This document shows, piece by piece, positions 51,150 through 63,500 of a stretch of 64,000 nucleotides of DNA; the first letter of the stretch is position 1, and each line of letters starts with the position of its first letter. Below the pieces are notes generated by a model. That model worked only from the letters and a program-made list of their open reading frames with translations, had not been told where the DNA came from and ran no database searches. The position numbers were made by a program, and so were the translations under genes. The stretch spans positions 1,265,478 to 1,329,477 of the forward strand of contig MU008158.1 in assembly GCA_010909165.1 (NCBI GenBank). The letters run 5' to 3'. The DNA comes from Anthoceros angustus. Taxonomy: Eukaryota; Plantae; Anthocerotophyta.

Positions 51150-52760
51150 CACTTAAAATTATCTTTATAGATATCAATGGACTTGCATAATACAAGGCTA
51201 GATTTTAGAAGAGCTTTGAAGTTATGACCATAATTTATCACCAAAGTAATATAGATTGAAAGGGTGGTTTCAAATGTACCACTTTCATTTCTACACCAAT
51301 CAAAATACATGGTAATAACTATAGAAGGAGAAAGATTGAGATAGCTATGAAAGGGTTTGAAGATTTAGGACAATATAAAACATGATAGTAACTATGGAAG
51401 GGCAAACATTCACTATAGTCGAAGAAGCCAAACTATCCATGCTTAAATATCTTATAAATTTTTCTTGCAACTCATAGTTCAGCCATCTTTTGGTTAAAGT
51501 GCCATCATCTCTCCTTGTTCTCAAAAACCTTTCTCCATATGTTATGGTTTCCATGATTATAAAGCAAGGTGTCCTCATATTAATGTTACTACAACCAACC
51601 TCAAAGCAAGTAATCTCATTTTTTTCATATCCTTCTAAGTTTTTCTTTGTGTATAATCTAATTTTGTCATGTGCTTTTAAGTTTTCTCATAGTAGTTCTG
51701 CTGTTCCCCAATTTTGTTTCGATGGAGGTATTGCTGCTCAATTTTTTTTTAAGCAATTGTTGCTGCTCAATTTTGTTCTAATGCAACTGTTGCTGCTCAG
51801 TTTTGCTCGAATGCAATTGTTGGTGACCAATTCTATTTTGATGTAGGTGCTGCTGCCCAAGAATGTTCTGAATCAAATGCACCTACTGTTGGCCAATAAT
51901 GTTCTGATGCAGCCTCTGCTATTAGAATGACCATATTTTGGAAATAAGGCTGTAACAACTCCATAGCCTTGGATATATCCAAATTTTTTAGAACATTGGA
52001 TAAATTTAGAGTCGTGTTTAGGTCTGCACTTTCAACACAAGGCTTCAAGTTTTTCATGGCTTTAGATAATGGCTTGAACTATAATAGGTACAATCTTCTG
52101 TTATCATAGAGCCGCCTTCAAATATAATAGCAACATTTTGTTCCATCTCTGCATTCTGCATAATAGAGCCTTCTGTCTGAATAGTAGAGCCCTCTATCTG
52201 CATAATAGAGCTTCCCATCTGCATAGTAGAGCCACCTCCTTGCATAGTAGAGCCATATTTGCTGATAGTGAAGTTGCACTCTCGCACAGTAGATGTAGAA
52301 CCACCTTCCCGCATAGCTGAGGCGCCTTTTCGCATGCTAGGGCTGTCAACTTACATAGTAAAGCCACCTTCTCGCTCATAAGACTTGCGACCTCGCATAG
52401 TAGAGCTATGGACTCACATAGTCGAGCCATGACCTTGCATAGTAGATTCGCGACCTTGTATAGTAGAGCTACCATCTTTCGTATTAGAGTCCTCTTCTTG
52501 CATAGTAGTAGAGCTATTATAGCTACCTTCTCGAATAGTAGTTGCTGCCTTCTCACATATAGAATTCTCTCACAGAAAAAATGCCTACTTGAATAGTAGA
52601 GCTGCTTTCTCCTTAGGAGAGCCCAGAACCTTCGAGCATAATAGAGCCAGAGCCTTCCGGCAATAAAGAGCTGGAACCTTCTGCCAAAAAGAAGAGATGG
52701 AGCCTTCGCCCATAGTAGAGCCAAAACCTGTAGCATATGATAGAGCCGGAACCTTCGGGC
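51150..52760 (-). pseudogene. Degenerate repeat-rich ORF (21-bp and 30-bp repeats) ending in an Ulp1/C48-protease-like fragment; probably TE-associated
   Basis: About 25 copies of a 21-bp unit with core GCATAGTAGAGC (minus frame xxGSTMQ); 30-bp repeats at 51700-51840; TKRWLNYELQEKFIRYL and WCRN..F..IYITLVINYGH resemble Ulp1 motifs; multiple stops. Confidence 0.35.
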
Positions 52761-53079
52761 ATATATTCGTAACAGAGCGAGAGAACCTTCAGCTCAAGTT
52801 ACATCATGATGCATAGAATTTTCACTCGATAGTGTTTAATTGTAGGGTTTAGGGTTTAATTTTTGAAAATTATGGGGTTAATAAAGGATTTGGATCTGTT
52901 CCATGACAAGGCTCATGAGGAAGACATGAGCATGGACATACTTTATATTCATCAATAGCATAGGAGTGCACTTTATGGTCGATGAAAACTGACGACGGGA
53001 CATTTACTAGAAGAGTGAGGACCCATCCTGCAAAGGAGGATCACACGTGGCCTTTATTAAAGGAGTAAGAAGATATGGA

Positions 53080-53480
53080 GTGAGCCCATCTAGTTGTAGA
53101 AGGCCAACACAAGGGACCCTAAGAGTCAATGTAAGAGGGAGCAACTAAGTTGGAACAACCTTGTAAAGTGGTTTATTGAACTCAAGTTTCCATAGAAATA
53201 TTAAAAATAAATACTAGATGGATATGAATATGAAGTGTAATATAAATTTAAATGAATATAGAGAATAGTGAAAAGGTAGTGAGCCCATCTAGCTGTAGAA
53301 GGCCAACATAAGGGACCCTAAGAGTCAATGTAAGAGGGAGCAACTAAGTTGAGACAACCTTGTAAAGTGGTTTATTGAACTCAAGTTTCTATAGAAATAT
53401 TAAAAATAAATATTAGATGGATATGAATATGAAGTGTAATGTAAATTCAAAGGAATATAGGGAATATTGAAAAGGTAGTG
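53080..53480. repeat. Two tandem ~199-bp direct repeats, partly similar to the LINE 3' UTR at 48296-48366
   Basis: gtgagcccatctag.tgtagaaggccaaca.aagggaccctaagagtcaatg... at 53080 and 53279. Confidence 0.75.
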
Positions 53481-54872
53481 GCTCAACACCTTAGATCATG
53501 GAAACAGTGGATCCTAAAATCTTGGAGTGTTTCATGGCTGGTTGAAACTTGAGATAGAGGCTCTAGAGTGAGCCTCCACCTTTAGGATGAAACAACGGAT
53601 TCTAGGAATTTGTATTGATTCATGATTGGACAGTTTTTGTTAACTAGCTTAACTTTATCATCATAGAGAGGTTTAATGAAATGATCAACAATAATCATTA
53701 AACACTCTAGTATTAACTTTGTTCTAAAATATATTATAAAATCTTCAAGAAATTAATCTTTAATATAATATGTAGGTAAAATTAATTAAAATTTAGAACA
53801 CAATGCATCATGTGCATCACACCAATATTGATTCCAACATTCATAAGTAACTTCTTCTGATGTTTTTGAGGTGGGAAAAGTTTACAGGTAACGAATACGG
53901 AGAGTTAGCGTGGTGTTTTTCTTTGTGTTCGAGAATCTTTCTTTGTTCTTATGGATGCCAGGGGAATAGATTCCCCGCCTATTATACCTTCTCTTTCTCG
54001 AAGGTTTTGTACGCATATAGACCTCTTTTCCTTGCTCTACCCACTTTGAGACCTCGGGCCCCAAGTAACCAAATTAGATTACTTCCCTTATTTGGCCAAA
54101 GCTTACTGTTTTTGGCGGAACCCTAAAAAATTAAGATACTTCCTAGTGAGAGCTAAGATTAAACTGCTTTAGGTTTTCCTGTTTTGCACCATTGAATATG
54201 ACGAAGCATGAAAGATAACTTCTTTCACATCATGTTTTTTGTTAGCGGTTGATTGTTTCTAGAAATATTTTTTATAGAAATATATTTTAGTGTGCAATCA
54301 TAATTTTTATATTTTATAGATATTTTAAATATCTTCTTATATTTTTATTTATATAATAATTATTTTTAAATTTTATTTTTACAAAATAATACAATATGTG
54401 ATGTAGTGGCATAGGAAAAAAATATTGTACTGATAAGTCCCATAGGAGCCCACTAATGAGCCTCCTTAGGAGGAACTGGTTCGGAATTCGATCCCTCTTT
54501 ACTTTGTCTTTATCTCTATGTATTCTATACAAACTAATAGAGAAGCTATTGTGTATATTGGAATATAAATATGTTTTGATTGGCATGCAAACAGGAGTTA
54601 TTAGTTTAGGTTCCACTGCTGACTTTTGTCTAACCTATAAGACAACTGAACACAATCTCCCTATAAAACTGGGCCTCATGTTGTAGAATGCAAAACGCGG
54701 ACAGTGGCTCTTGGTCGTTGATATTTATTCCATCTGTTGGTACATAGTTGGGCTCGTGTGTTGAGGTGGAGAGACTCTTCACTCTTCAATTCACTCTCGA
54801 GCGCTTCGTTTTCCCTGTCACGACCTGCCTACGTTTAGTAGGAATTTTGAGTTCTTCAGTCTGTTTGGCACG

Positions 54873-57001
54873 ATGGTGATTGTCGAAGCTGCGCAGACGA
54901 AGCGAGAGGGCACCTTGGCACAGGTATTCGAAGAAGGCGAGGTTGCGGATGTGGCTCGTCGTCTTGTTTATGCTATCAGGAGGAAAGATCACGGTACTCA
55001 GAAGAAATGGAAGCAGGCTGTCTCAGAACTCACCACCGTTATTCAACGTATCGAGCCTCACCTTCCAGCTGAAGACGACGAAGCACTTGATCATTATCAG
55101 CTGCAGCAACCAAGCGTGGAACCCCGATACAGCTCGAAGATGCTGTATATGTCACCTGGTACGCTACGTTTTTTTGACTGAAGCGTATACTCTCGTTTAA
55201 TTGCTCTACGTTCCTACCGGCCTACCTGGCCATCAATTGATTCCCATATGATCTTCGTTGTGCACTGGCAGGAGAAGCTCCCGTCCGTCCATTCCTTGCT
55301 TTTGCTTACTTCAACAGAGCAGTCGGGTATCTGGTATTGGAGGAGTTCATCCTTGCTATTAAGGATGCACGCATGGCTATGCGTCTTAACCCTCACGAAT
55401 CCAGGAGCTTGTTAATTCTAGCCAAAGCTTGCCGTGCTCTGGGATGGTACCAGCTTGCCGAGACTTCGTACCGATATTATCTTCAGACGGCGGAGTCCTT
55501 GAGCGCTAAGCGGAGAGAGGCGTTGCAGCATTGCTGGGAGGAAGCCGAGGACGCGGACAGACAGACTCGCGAGGGTCGCTACGATTTTGACAGTTACTTG
55601 CGGGAGTTGAAGCTAACGAGCGAGTTGTCTACTGCGCCGGCCAAGTGCTGTGACTTCGTGGGGCCCGTTGTGATCGCAAGAAGCACAACAATCCCTAAAA
55701 CCGGCTTCGGCACCGGCCGAGGCATGTTTGCCACAAGGGATATAGACGAAGGTGATCTGCTGTGTGTGTGCAATCCCTTGGCACTGGATATGCAGGTTCC
55801 TCCTTGGTCCAAGGATATCATGGTTAGTTGCTTGTCAAAGCAGCTCGCTAAGGTTTTTGAAAGTTCGCCCGCGGCACGGTATCAGATTATGAGTATGATG
55901 ACCGGGGCAGAACATATGCATGTCCCACCTAAGTTAGACGTGCCTGAGATGGAAATCTTCCAGCCGTCCAATGCCATGATCTCATACGATCTGGTTTGCA
56001 ATTTCTTTAGATGGGAGGATGATCTGGAGATGTCTTATTTACCTCGGTTCAGTGAGCCTGAGGGGATTCGGATGTCCGCCTGCAACCACAGTGATGTGGA
56101 ATCTGTGTACGGTGAGTTGCTGAGGAGAGTAGCGGGAGAGAGGATTTACTCAAGAGATGTCATGGTGGATGGTCAGAAGAGGACAGTGAGTGGCTTGTGG
56201 ATTCTGCCGGCGTTCCGAAACCACTCCTGCATTCCAAATTCTAGTGAGACTTACATTGGAGAGACCATGTTTGTGCGAGCATGTAAGACGATAGCCAAGG
56301 GGGAGGAAATCACCTCAGCGTACAACCGCGTATATATACCGCTGGAGGCCCGGAGACTGGAGCTGGGCCAGAGTTGGGATGGCGGGTGCAAATGTCAGAG
56401 GTGCAGATGGGAAGAGGCTCTGTTACGAAAAGTACCAGAACTGGCCTCATTGAGCAGAGTGTGTTACGATTTGTACAGGAAGTCTCTTCCGCCTCACCGT
56501 GGCCAGCCCATGACTGATGATGAGTACATCAAAATCGGTGTAGAACTTGAAAATATCCTTCAGAATCTGCGGGCAGATGCAGAGAGGAAGAACTGGGTTA
56601 GGGCCTCTTTCTTTGCCATCTACCTACACTTGTTTGGGCTGTACGTAAAAGCAGGGATTCCGGAGAGAGCCAAGTTGGCTCACTTTAAGAACACTGCTAT
56701 CCATGCCCTGGCGTCGGTGCAGCCAGCGCATGACCTGATCCTGAGGATGCTCGTCGCATACGGGTCCTGGACAGGCCGCCCCTGCACGGACGAGGAGGAA
56801 GAGGTGGATGAGTGGGTATATCGGACGGTTCACTGCATGTTTGGGCGGCGGATTTCAAGTAGCGCCGTGAAGGCCTTCATCACCAGGCTGTTCGCGATTG
56901 CTTCCGAAATTACCAAGGCACATCAGATTCAGCATCCCAAGAAGCCTCTTCCTAGATTCCGAATTCATCACCTACGGTCGTGTACGTTGAAGCAGGGCTG
57001 A
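54873..57001 (+). CDS. ATXR1: TPR + SET-domain lysine methyltransferase, ATXR1/SDG35-like; exons 54873-55158 and 55272-57001
   Basis: TPR (AYFNRAVGYLVLEEFILAIKDARMAMRLNP), GRGMFATRDI, GLWILPAFRNHSCIPN, GEEITSAY, post-SET CKCQRC; phase-1 GT-AG intron. Confidence 0.85.
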
Positions 57002-57524
57002 TACAAGAGAGACGTGATAGGTAGGTACATAGATAGGTAGGCGGGTAAGCCTTGCAAGCTTAAGATGGGTAGGTGATTATCAATAATGGTTTGAACAAGA
57101 TGGTTTTACGTAATTATTAATAATCGGTTTAAGTACTTTGTGTCATTCCTAGCGAACGAGTCAAAACCCCCCCACCCTCCCCTTTGTTACCCCTTCCGAG
57201 GGGAATGTAACTGCCCCCCTATGTAGGTATGTTTGTACATATCTTGATGACTTGGCTCATGAAAGGCCCCCCCAGGACCGCAGCCGGAGCCGGGGCCTGA
57301 TGAGGGCGTATTTGGTTCGTCAGTTACTAGGTACTCTCTACCCAATGTGTACTGTGTATTAGATGCCGTTAGCTGAGGAGTCCGGAGTGGTGCAGGCGAA
57401 GGGAGTCGGGTAGCTCAGCTCCATCTCCATTGCATGATTAGCATCCCCCCCCGGCGGGCTTGGCCTGGACGACTGCGTGGTTTGCTTGATGGTGTTGCAG
57501 AAAAAGAAGCAAAGGGGGTGAAAA

Positions 57525-60500
57525 ATGCTGAAGGCACCTACTCCCGAGAAGGCGGACCACAGGTTGGCTCCCTACACCCTCTTCTGCAGCAGGGAGCCCC
57601 TGAGTGGCACGCTCGGGCCGCCTGATTACTTCCCGCAGTCAAGCGTCTCAGCCGAGGAATCCTTGAGTCGTGAAACATGTCAGCATGGGTACAAGGAAGT
57701 CGTGGAGGGTGTGGACGAGCAGCGGGAAGCCACTTTCACGCTGGCTCAGCAGAGCACATGGACGAAACAGAATCTGGGCCGTTACAAGGAGGCCATTCAC
57801 AAGCGCCTCCGTGCTGTCAACGTGTGTCTGGTGCGGAAATTGAAGATTGGGCAGGTGTATGGGGTGGCTTTGTCGGGTCCAATGCTCCACAAGCCCGGGG
57901 TGTTTCCCGAGCAGCGCTTGTACGCGGATGATTTTCGCAGGAAGTGGCTGGATGACCTGGCGCAGAACACAAGCTTGAGGCTGCTGTCGGACCATGTGCC
58001 TACGGGTGTCCATTTGCACGATCTGCTGGAGCTTGCTGCCGGCCGTAATTTCCCTGTTGTTCGAGCGACTTGGTGCGTCAGGGTCATTTTTCTTAATCTG
58101 ATACGCCACACGTCGGGGCCTGCCGGCTCGGATAAGGGGCAGGGGAAGCGCACCGAATCCTGGACCAAGGAGATACTGGAGGTGGCAGACTCGCTGGTGT
58201 CGGCCATTTGTGTGGGTGGCGATTCGAATGTTACCAGAGGAGGTCAGGGTACTAGGAGTGCTCAGAAGAAGCAGTTGGGTTATGATTCTTTCCGGAAGCT
58301 GAATGATGCTGTCGGGCAGCATGGATTGACGGCTGTGTGCCAGTTTGTGATGTGCCTAACCCAGTGGCACTGTGCTCAGGGGCTGCTCAACAAGGCCACT
58401 TTGATTGAATTCACGTTGAAGCAATTGAGTGAGCGGGAGTCCATCAAAGCTTTGGAGTTGTTGTTGCCCATGGCACTTTTTCTTCTTGACGGACTTTCTG
58501 CTCCTCAAGCTCAGGTTCATACTTTTGTCAGACTGTGTGCTCACTGGCTGCAAAGGATTTCCTCTGCTGGCTCTCCCCTTCAACTACCTGACCAGCCCAG
58601 GCTTCTCTATTTGAAAAAATCTTTAGTAGAAGTGGCTCGCTACTTTCTTAAAGCTCTTCCGCCTGTTTCTACTGCTCTTGACTGTTTCCCACTCCTAAAA
58701 ACCAACTCTTCTGTGAGTCAAACCAAGGGCTACTTTTATGCCGGTATTCTGTCCATTGATCCTGGCAAGCTTCATGAGTCTGAAAGAGCAAGGCCAGCTT
58801 CTCTGGCCCAAGCAGCTTGCTCACACCTCGATAACGTCGCGTATCTTGAGAAATCCCTTGTTCCTCATAAGCTGCTTTTTCCGGACATTTGTGAGGCTAT
58901 CGCTAAGGGATCTTCCTCTCTCTCCAAAACAGTGAAGCCAGGCTTTTTGGAGAAGAATGAATGCAAGGTTCTCCATGGGTTAGATCAGGCTTTGCTTGGT
59001 GGTGACGTTCTTGGTGCTGTGTGTGTAGTGTTTGGTGAGAGCAGGAGCTCGCTGCCCGATGACTGGTTGTTGGGTCTTTACACCTCCTGCCCGAGTATAT
59101 ACTGTGCCATTGATCCATTGCAGCTTTCTGGAGTGATGTCCGTGTGTGAATGGGCTGTCTCTGGGTTTAGGGAGCATAGGGATGTTTCAGGCAGCTTTGA
59201 TGGGGCATTTGCAGTTACGGACATGTCTCGGATCTATCTGGCTATCTCTGTACTCAGCCTGACGGTAGGGGAGGGAAGGGGAATGGACGTTGAAACTTTT
59301 GCATCCAATCTTGGTGTGGGCCCTTTGAAGCGGGACAAAGGTAGTAAGGGAATGCTCAGCACTGTTAAGCTACTAGCTGGTGATGCTGTCCAGAGCAATG
59401 TGCTTGCAGGTAAGCATGCTTCTCGGAAAACCTCCAGAGTCATGCATAACCTGATTGTGGCCTGGCTGGATCAGCTCGACGCATGCAAAGGAAAGGGCTC
59501 TGAGCGGCTTCAGTTGCTACTGGCAGAGCTCGGCCGGGCTTCTCTCTTTTGTCCAGGCTCGTACGTAAGGATGCTAGTCACAAATGGGATCTTAGAAAAG
59601 TCTGACACAGAGGCAGATTATACTAGAGCACAAAGACACAGACGTCTTGTAAGTCTTCTACCCAAGTATGAAGATCTTGATTCTCGGAGAGTGGATGGTG
59701 GTGATAAGAGGGATGCCATACGTGGAAAGCTAGGTGTTCCATCGTGGAATGAGCGGCGAGTAGCACTTTTTGGCCTTAGTTGCCGAAGAAAGAGGGTTCG
59801 AGATCAAGGTGTGCGGAATAGTGTGCACCGATTGTGTCATCTGTGCCAGCAGGAGAGCACAGAAAATATGTATGATGCTCGCCTTAATGACAAAACGTTC
59901 AGGAAGAAGAGCTTAGAGGGAGGGATGGGATCAACTGGACACTTCTCTTGCATCAGCTTGCCTGAGTTGAAACTGAGGATATGTGCATTTCTGAGACTGC
60001 CAGATTCTTCTGTTGCACTGAAACCAAGACGAGCTAGTCGGAAAGACTGTTTGAAGCCATCCATTCCATCAACACCAGCAGGTTTTGCAATCATGGCAGA
60101 TGATGGGAATATTGCTGGAAGCTGTGAGGGATGCTCAAGATCAAAACGGGCAAAGGGGGTAGATGGACGAGAGGCTGATCATCATGTTCTTCAATCGGCA
60201 CTTAAAGAAGAAGACTGGTGGTCTAAGCAGCCGCAAAAAGTTAACACTGTTGAGGCTTTTGTGAAACAACCGACAAAGCAAAGTGCAAGAGGAAGACCCA
60301 AAGTGGTACGCAAAACACAGGGTCTTGCTCAATTAGCTGCAACGCCTGAGGACACGCAGAGCAGCTTGTCTGCACATAGGACCTTAAAAGGCTCCTGTCC
60401 GCCAGTTTCATCAGAGGACAACCAAGAACATAGCCTTGATGTGCATGGTTTGGGTCCATCAGGAAATCTTTCCCTTGATCTCCAAAAGGGGAACACAGGC

Positions 60501-63500
60501 AATGATCTTTGTGTGTTAGGGGCTGCGGTGAAAGATCTCCACCTTAGTGACAGATGGGAGCTTGCACAGTGGCTCACGCAAGCCATCCGCAGGAATCTAG
60601 GTAAGAAGCCTTCCACAAGTTCTGATGGCAATTGTATTGCAGGTCGAAGTTTGATCGCCTCAACTGGCCTGGTTGATGTAGGCAGTGAGAATGGGTGGCA
60701 AATGGATGACGAGCAGTTTAAAGCCATTGTGTACTTGCTTCACATGACAAATGACCTGCGTGTGCTTCTGGAACTCCTGCTGTGGCTTCTTTCGGTAGTT
60801 TCCCTACAGCGAGCTTCAGCCAGGGGAATGAACAACAGAAATGGTGCTAAGGTGCCGACCAACAAGGGCGAACTGGTCAGGCAAGTCGGAGAAGCAACGA
60901 TCATGTATTACATCAGGAGGTTTGACACAGCTGTAGCTGCGATGGATCTTCTGCCTCTAGTCCTGACAACAGGGATGCAAAGTGCTGCAAAGATGCTTGC
61001 GAAAGCACCAGCTGCAAAGGCGAGTTGCCGTGGAGTGTTGTCTCATGTGTGGGCTATCATGAAGAAGTATGGGAACCTGGCAAGTGTGCAGAGCTGGGAA
61101 ACTGGATGGAGGGCTTCGGGTGGTGATAAGCAGCTTCAGGCAGAACTTGAAGCTTTAAAGGCAGCAGATCCTGATGGTGGATTCGGTATCCATGGAAGGG
61201 GTGCTTGTGACACTGATGACAAGCATGATGACCCAGTGTATATGAGATTGACTGGCCGTTTAGCTCGAACAGGGGCTCACATGAAGGAGACAGTGCAGCG
61301 TCATTTGGGAGATATGACTCATCGTCTAATAGCAAGAGCAAAAGACTTTTCTGGGCCAGGTCAGTTGAGGGATGGGGACAGGGATGCATTGGATGGCATC
61401 TTGCAGACTGCCCAAAGGGCTGTCTCAGGCCTGGTCGAAGCAATTAGACAAAGCGGGGGCTCTCCTGTAGACCCCAGTCTTCTTGCTGCCGCAGTTGCTG
61501 CTGTCGTTGTGAACGTGCCTACGGCTGTTGTTAGTGTGTTCAGTGCATTTGTAGGTACCCCCAATTTGCCAGGCGCTCCGTCTGGCCTGGGTCCCTGTGT
61601 ATATTGTGCACGATATGTCCTACAAATGCATATTCACTGTATCAGCTTTCTGAAGGAAGTGTTTGGAGATCATCAGAGCAGACTGCTGGAGGTTGCTCTT
61701 GCATCTGAAGCTGTCTCCGTTATTTCCAGTACTCTGAACCGTTCTCCTCGCATGCAAATCCTATCAAGCTCAGATACTTGTGATATACCCTCGAGTCTTG
61801 GCAATGATTCTGCCATGGCTTCCTGTATGGCTGTTCTGGGACGACCTACAGTCACGACTGTTGCATCTGTTGCAGCTTTTGTCACGGGTGTGGTTGTACA
61901 GGGGAATGTATCACTTGAAAGGGTTGTGTCATTGTTGAGGATCAAAGAGGGTTTGGAGACTTTGCAGCTTTCCTTTCGAGGCTCTGTAAATATCCATGGC
62001 ACGGGCCGGACTTCTGTTGGTGGGAATGCTCTCAACAAGGCAGCAGAAGCAAATCTGTACTGGTTTCGGGTTTTGATCGGGAATTGTAGATCTGTGTCAG
62101 CTGGCCTCATTAATGCTTTACTGGGTGAATCAAATAGTCTTGGTCTTGCTCACCTTCAGCGGTCTCTTCCGCTATCAGCTGTGCTGCCATCAGCTTATAG
62201 TCTCTTCTCCATTGCTTTGCAGAAGCAAGGGCGATACTTCCATGCACACAATCGGGATGAAAGTATATTGCAAGCAGCTCTATTAGCTGCCAATGATGTG
62301 GTTGCTCATCAACCGTTCAGGGCTGTCTGTTTCTCTGACACTGAAGCATTGTATAACCTCCTTTCAGTTGACACAGAAGAATCACAGCATGCAGCCTCGC
62401 TTGATAATCAAGGACTGGATGTGTCTTCTAAACTGATGTCACTGGTTCCTCTTCGAGCACGTGTGTTCTTGTATGCCATCTTGGAGAAGAAGGTGCCAGA
62501 TTGTTGGGTTTCCACTGGTGAGAAGACATGCAATCCAGGTGCTGTTGATCACAAATGCCTGCGTCAGATGGATGTATACAAGAACACTGAGGAGCTAGTG
62601 AAAGTTCTTGATAATCTTCACCCAGCAACATTTCATTGGCAGTGGGTGGAGCTCCGTTTGCTTCTGAATGAACAGGTGATACTTGAGAAGCTTGAAAGCG
62701 CTAATGTCACCGCCGTGCAGGCTCTGGAAGCTGCATTTGCACCACAAGAATCTCGGCAACTCACAGAGTGTGAAAAGACATTCACTGAGATCGTCCTTAC
62801 AAGACTGCTAGTACGACCTGATGCTGCAGCCATGTACTCTGAGGTTCTCCATTTCCTTGGGCAAGCATTCGAGGAGTACTTGGTGTTGCAAGTTAAATGG
62901 GTTCTAGAAGGCAGTGACATGCTATTTGGTCGGAAAAGTCTCAGGCAGGTGCTTGATAACTATGCTCATCGTCAAGGTTTCACATCTGGTCATCAAGGTA
63001 TGAATGTGTCAAGGTGTCTACCCTTTGGAAGGAAGGGTTCTAGTTGTGAGAATCTATCTGCTATTGCCAAGTCCGCTGACAGTTCTGGTTTCAAAAGACG
63101 GGATTTCAAGATGGAATCCCAAAGTTTGAACCGGCAATATGTCATTGAGAAGGCATTGGTGGAGATGGTGTTGCCATGCCTAGTGCGGAGCAGTGTAGAT
63201 GCTTGCTGTGGATTTGGTATCGAGCTGGCAAAACAACTGACCAATCTGGAGCAGCATCTGAGCATGCTTTCTCGCATGAATGGGCGCCATGTGGCAACAT
63301 TTAGTGCTTCTGACAACTTTAACCATAAAGGCTTGGTTCAACAGAGAGGGTCTATGGCTTGGTTAGACAATGGCAGCCCAGGTGTAGGGCGGAAATCATT
63401 GCCACCCAGCTCAGAATCTCAGCCTCTGTATGCTGCGGCAATACAGGCGTCGGTTTGGTTGCGGCTTCAATTCCTCATGCCTTTGCTGCCCATCATCTAC

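Noticed and set aside
52150-52760. CRISPR-like repeat-spacer pattern
   Set aside because: A 21-bp period with 9-bp variable parts is too short and keeps codon phase; it is a coding repeat.
57100-57500. snRNA or tRNA between ATXR1 and MED12
   Set aside because: No A/B boxes, cloverleaf or recognisable snRNA sequence; probably MED12 promoter and 5' UTR intron.
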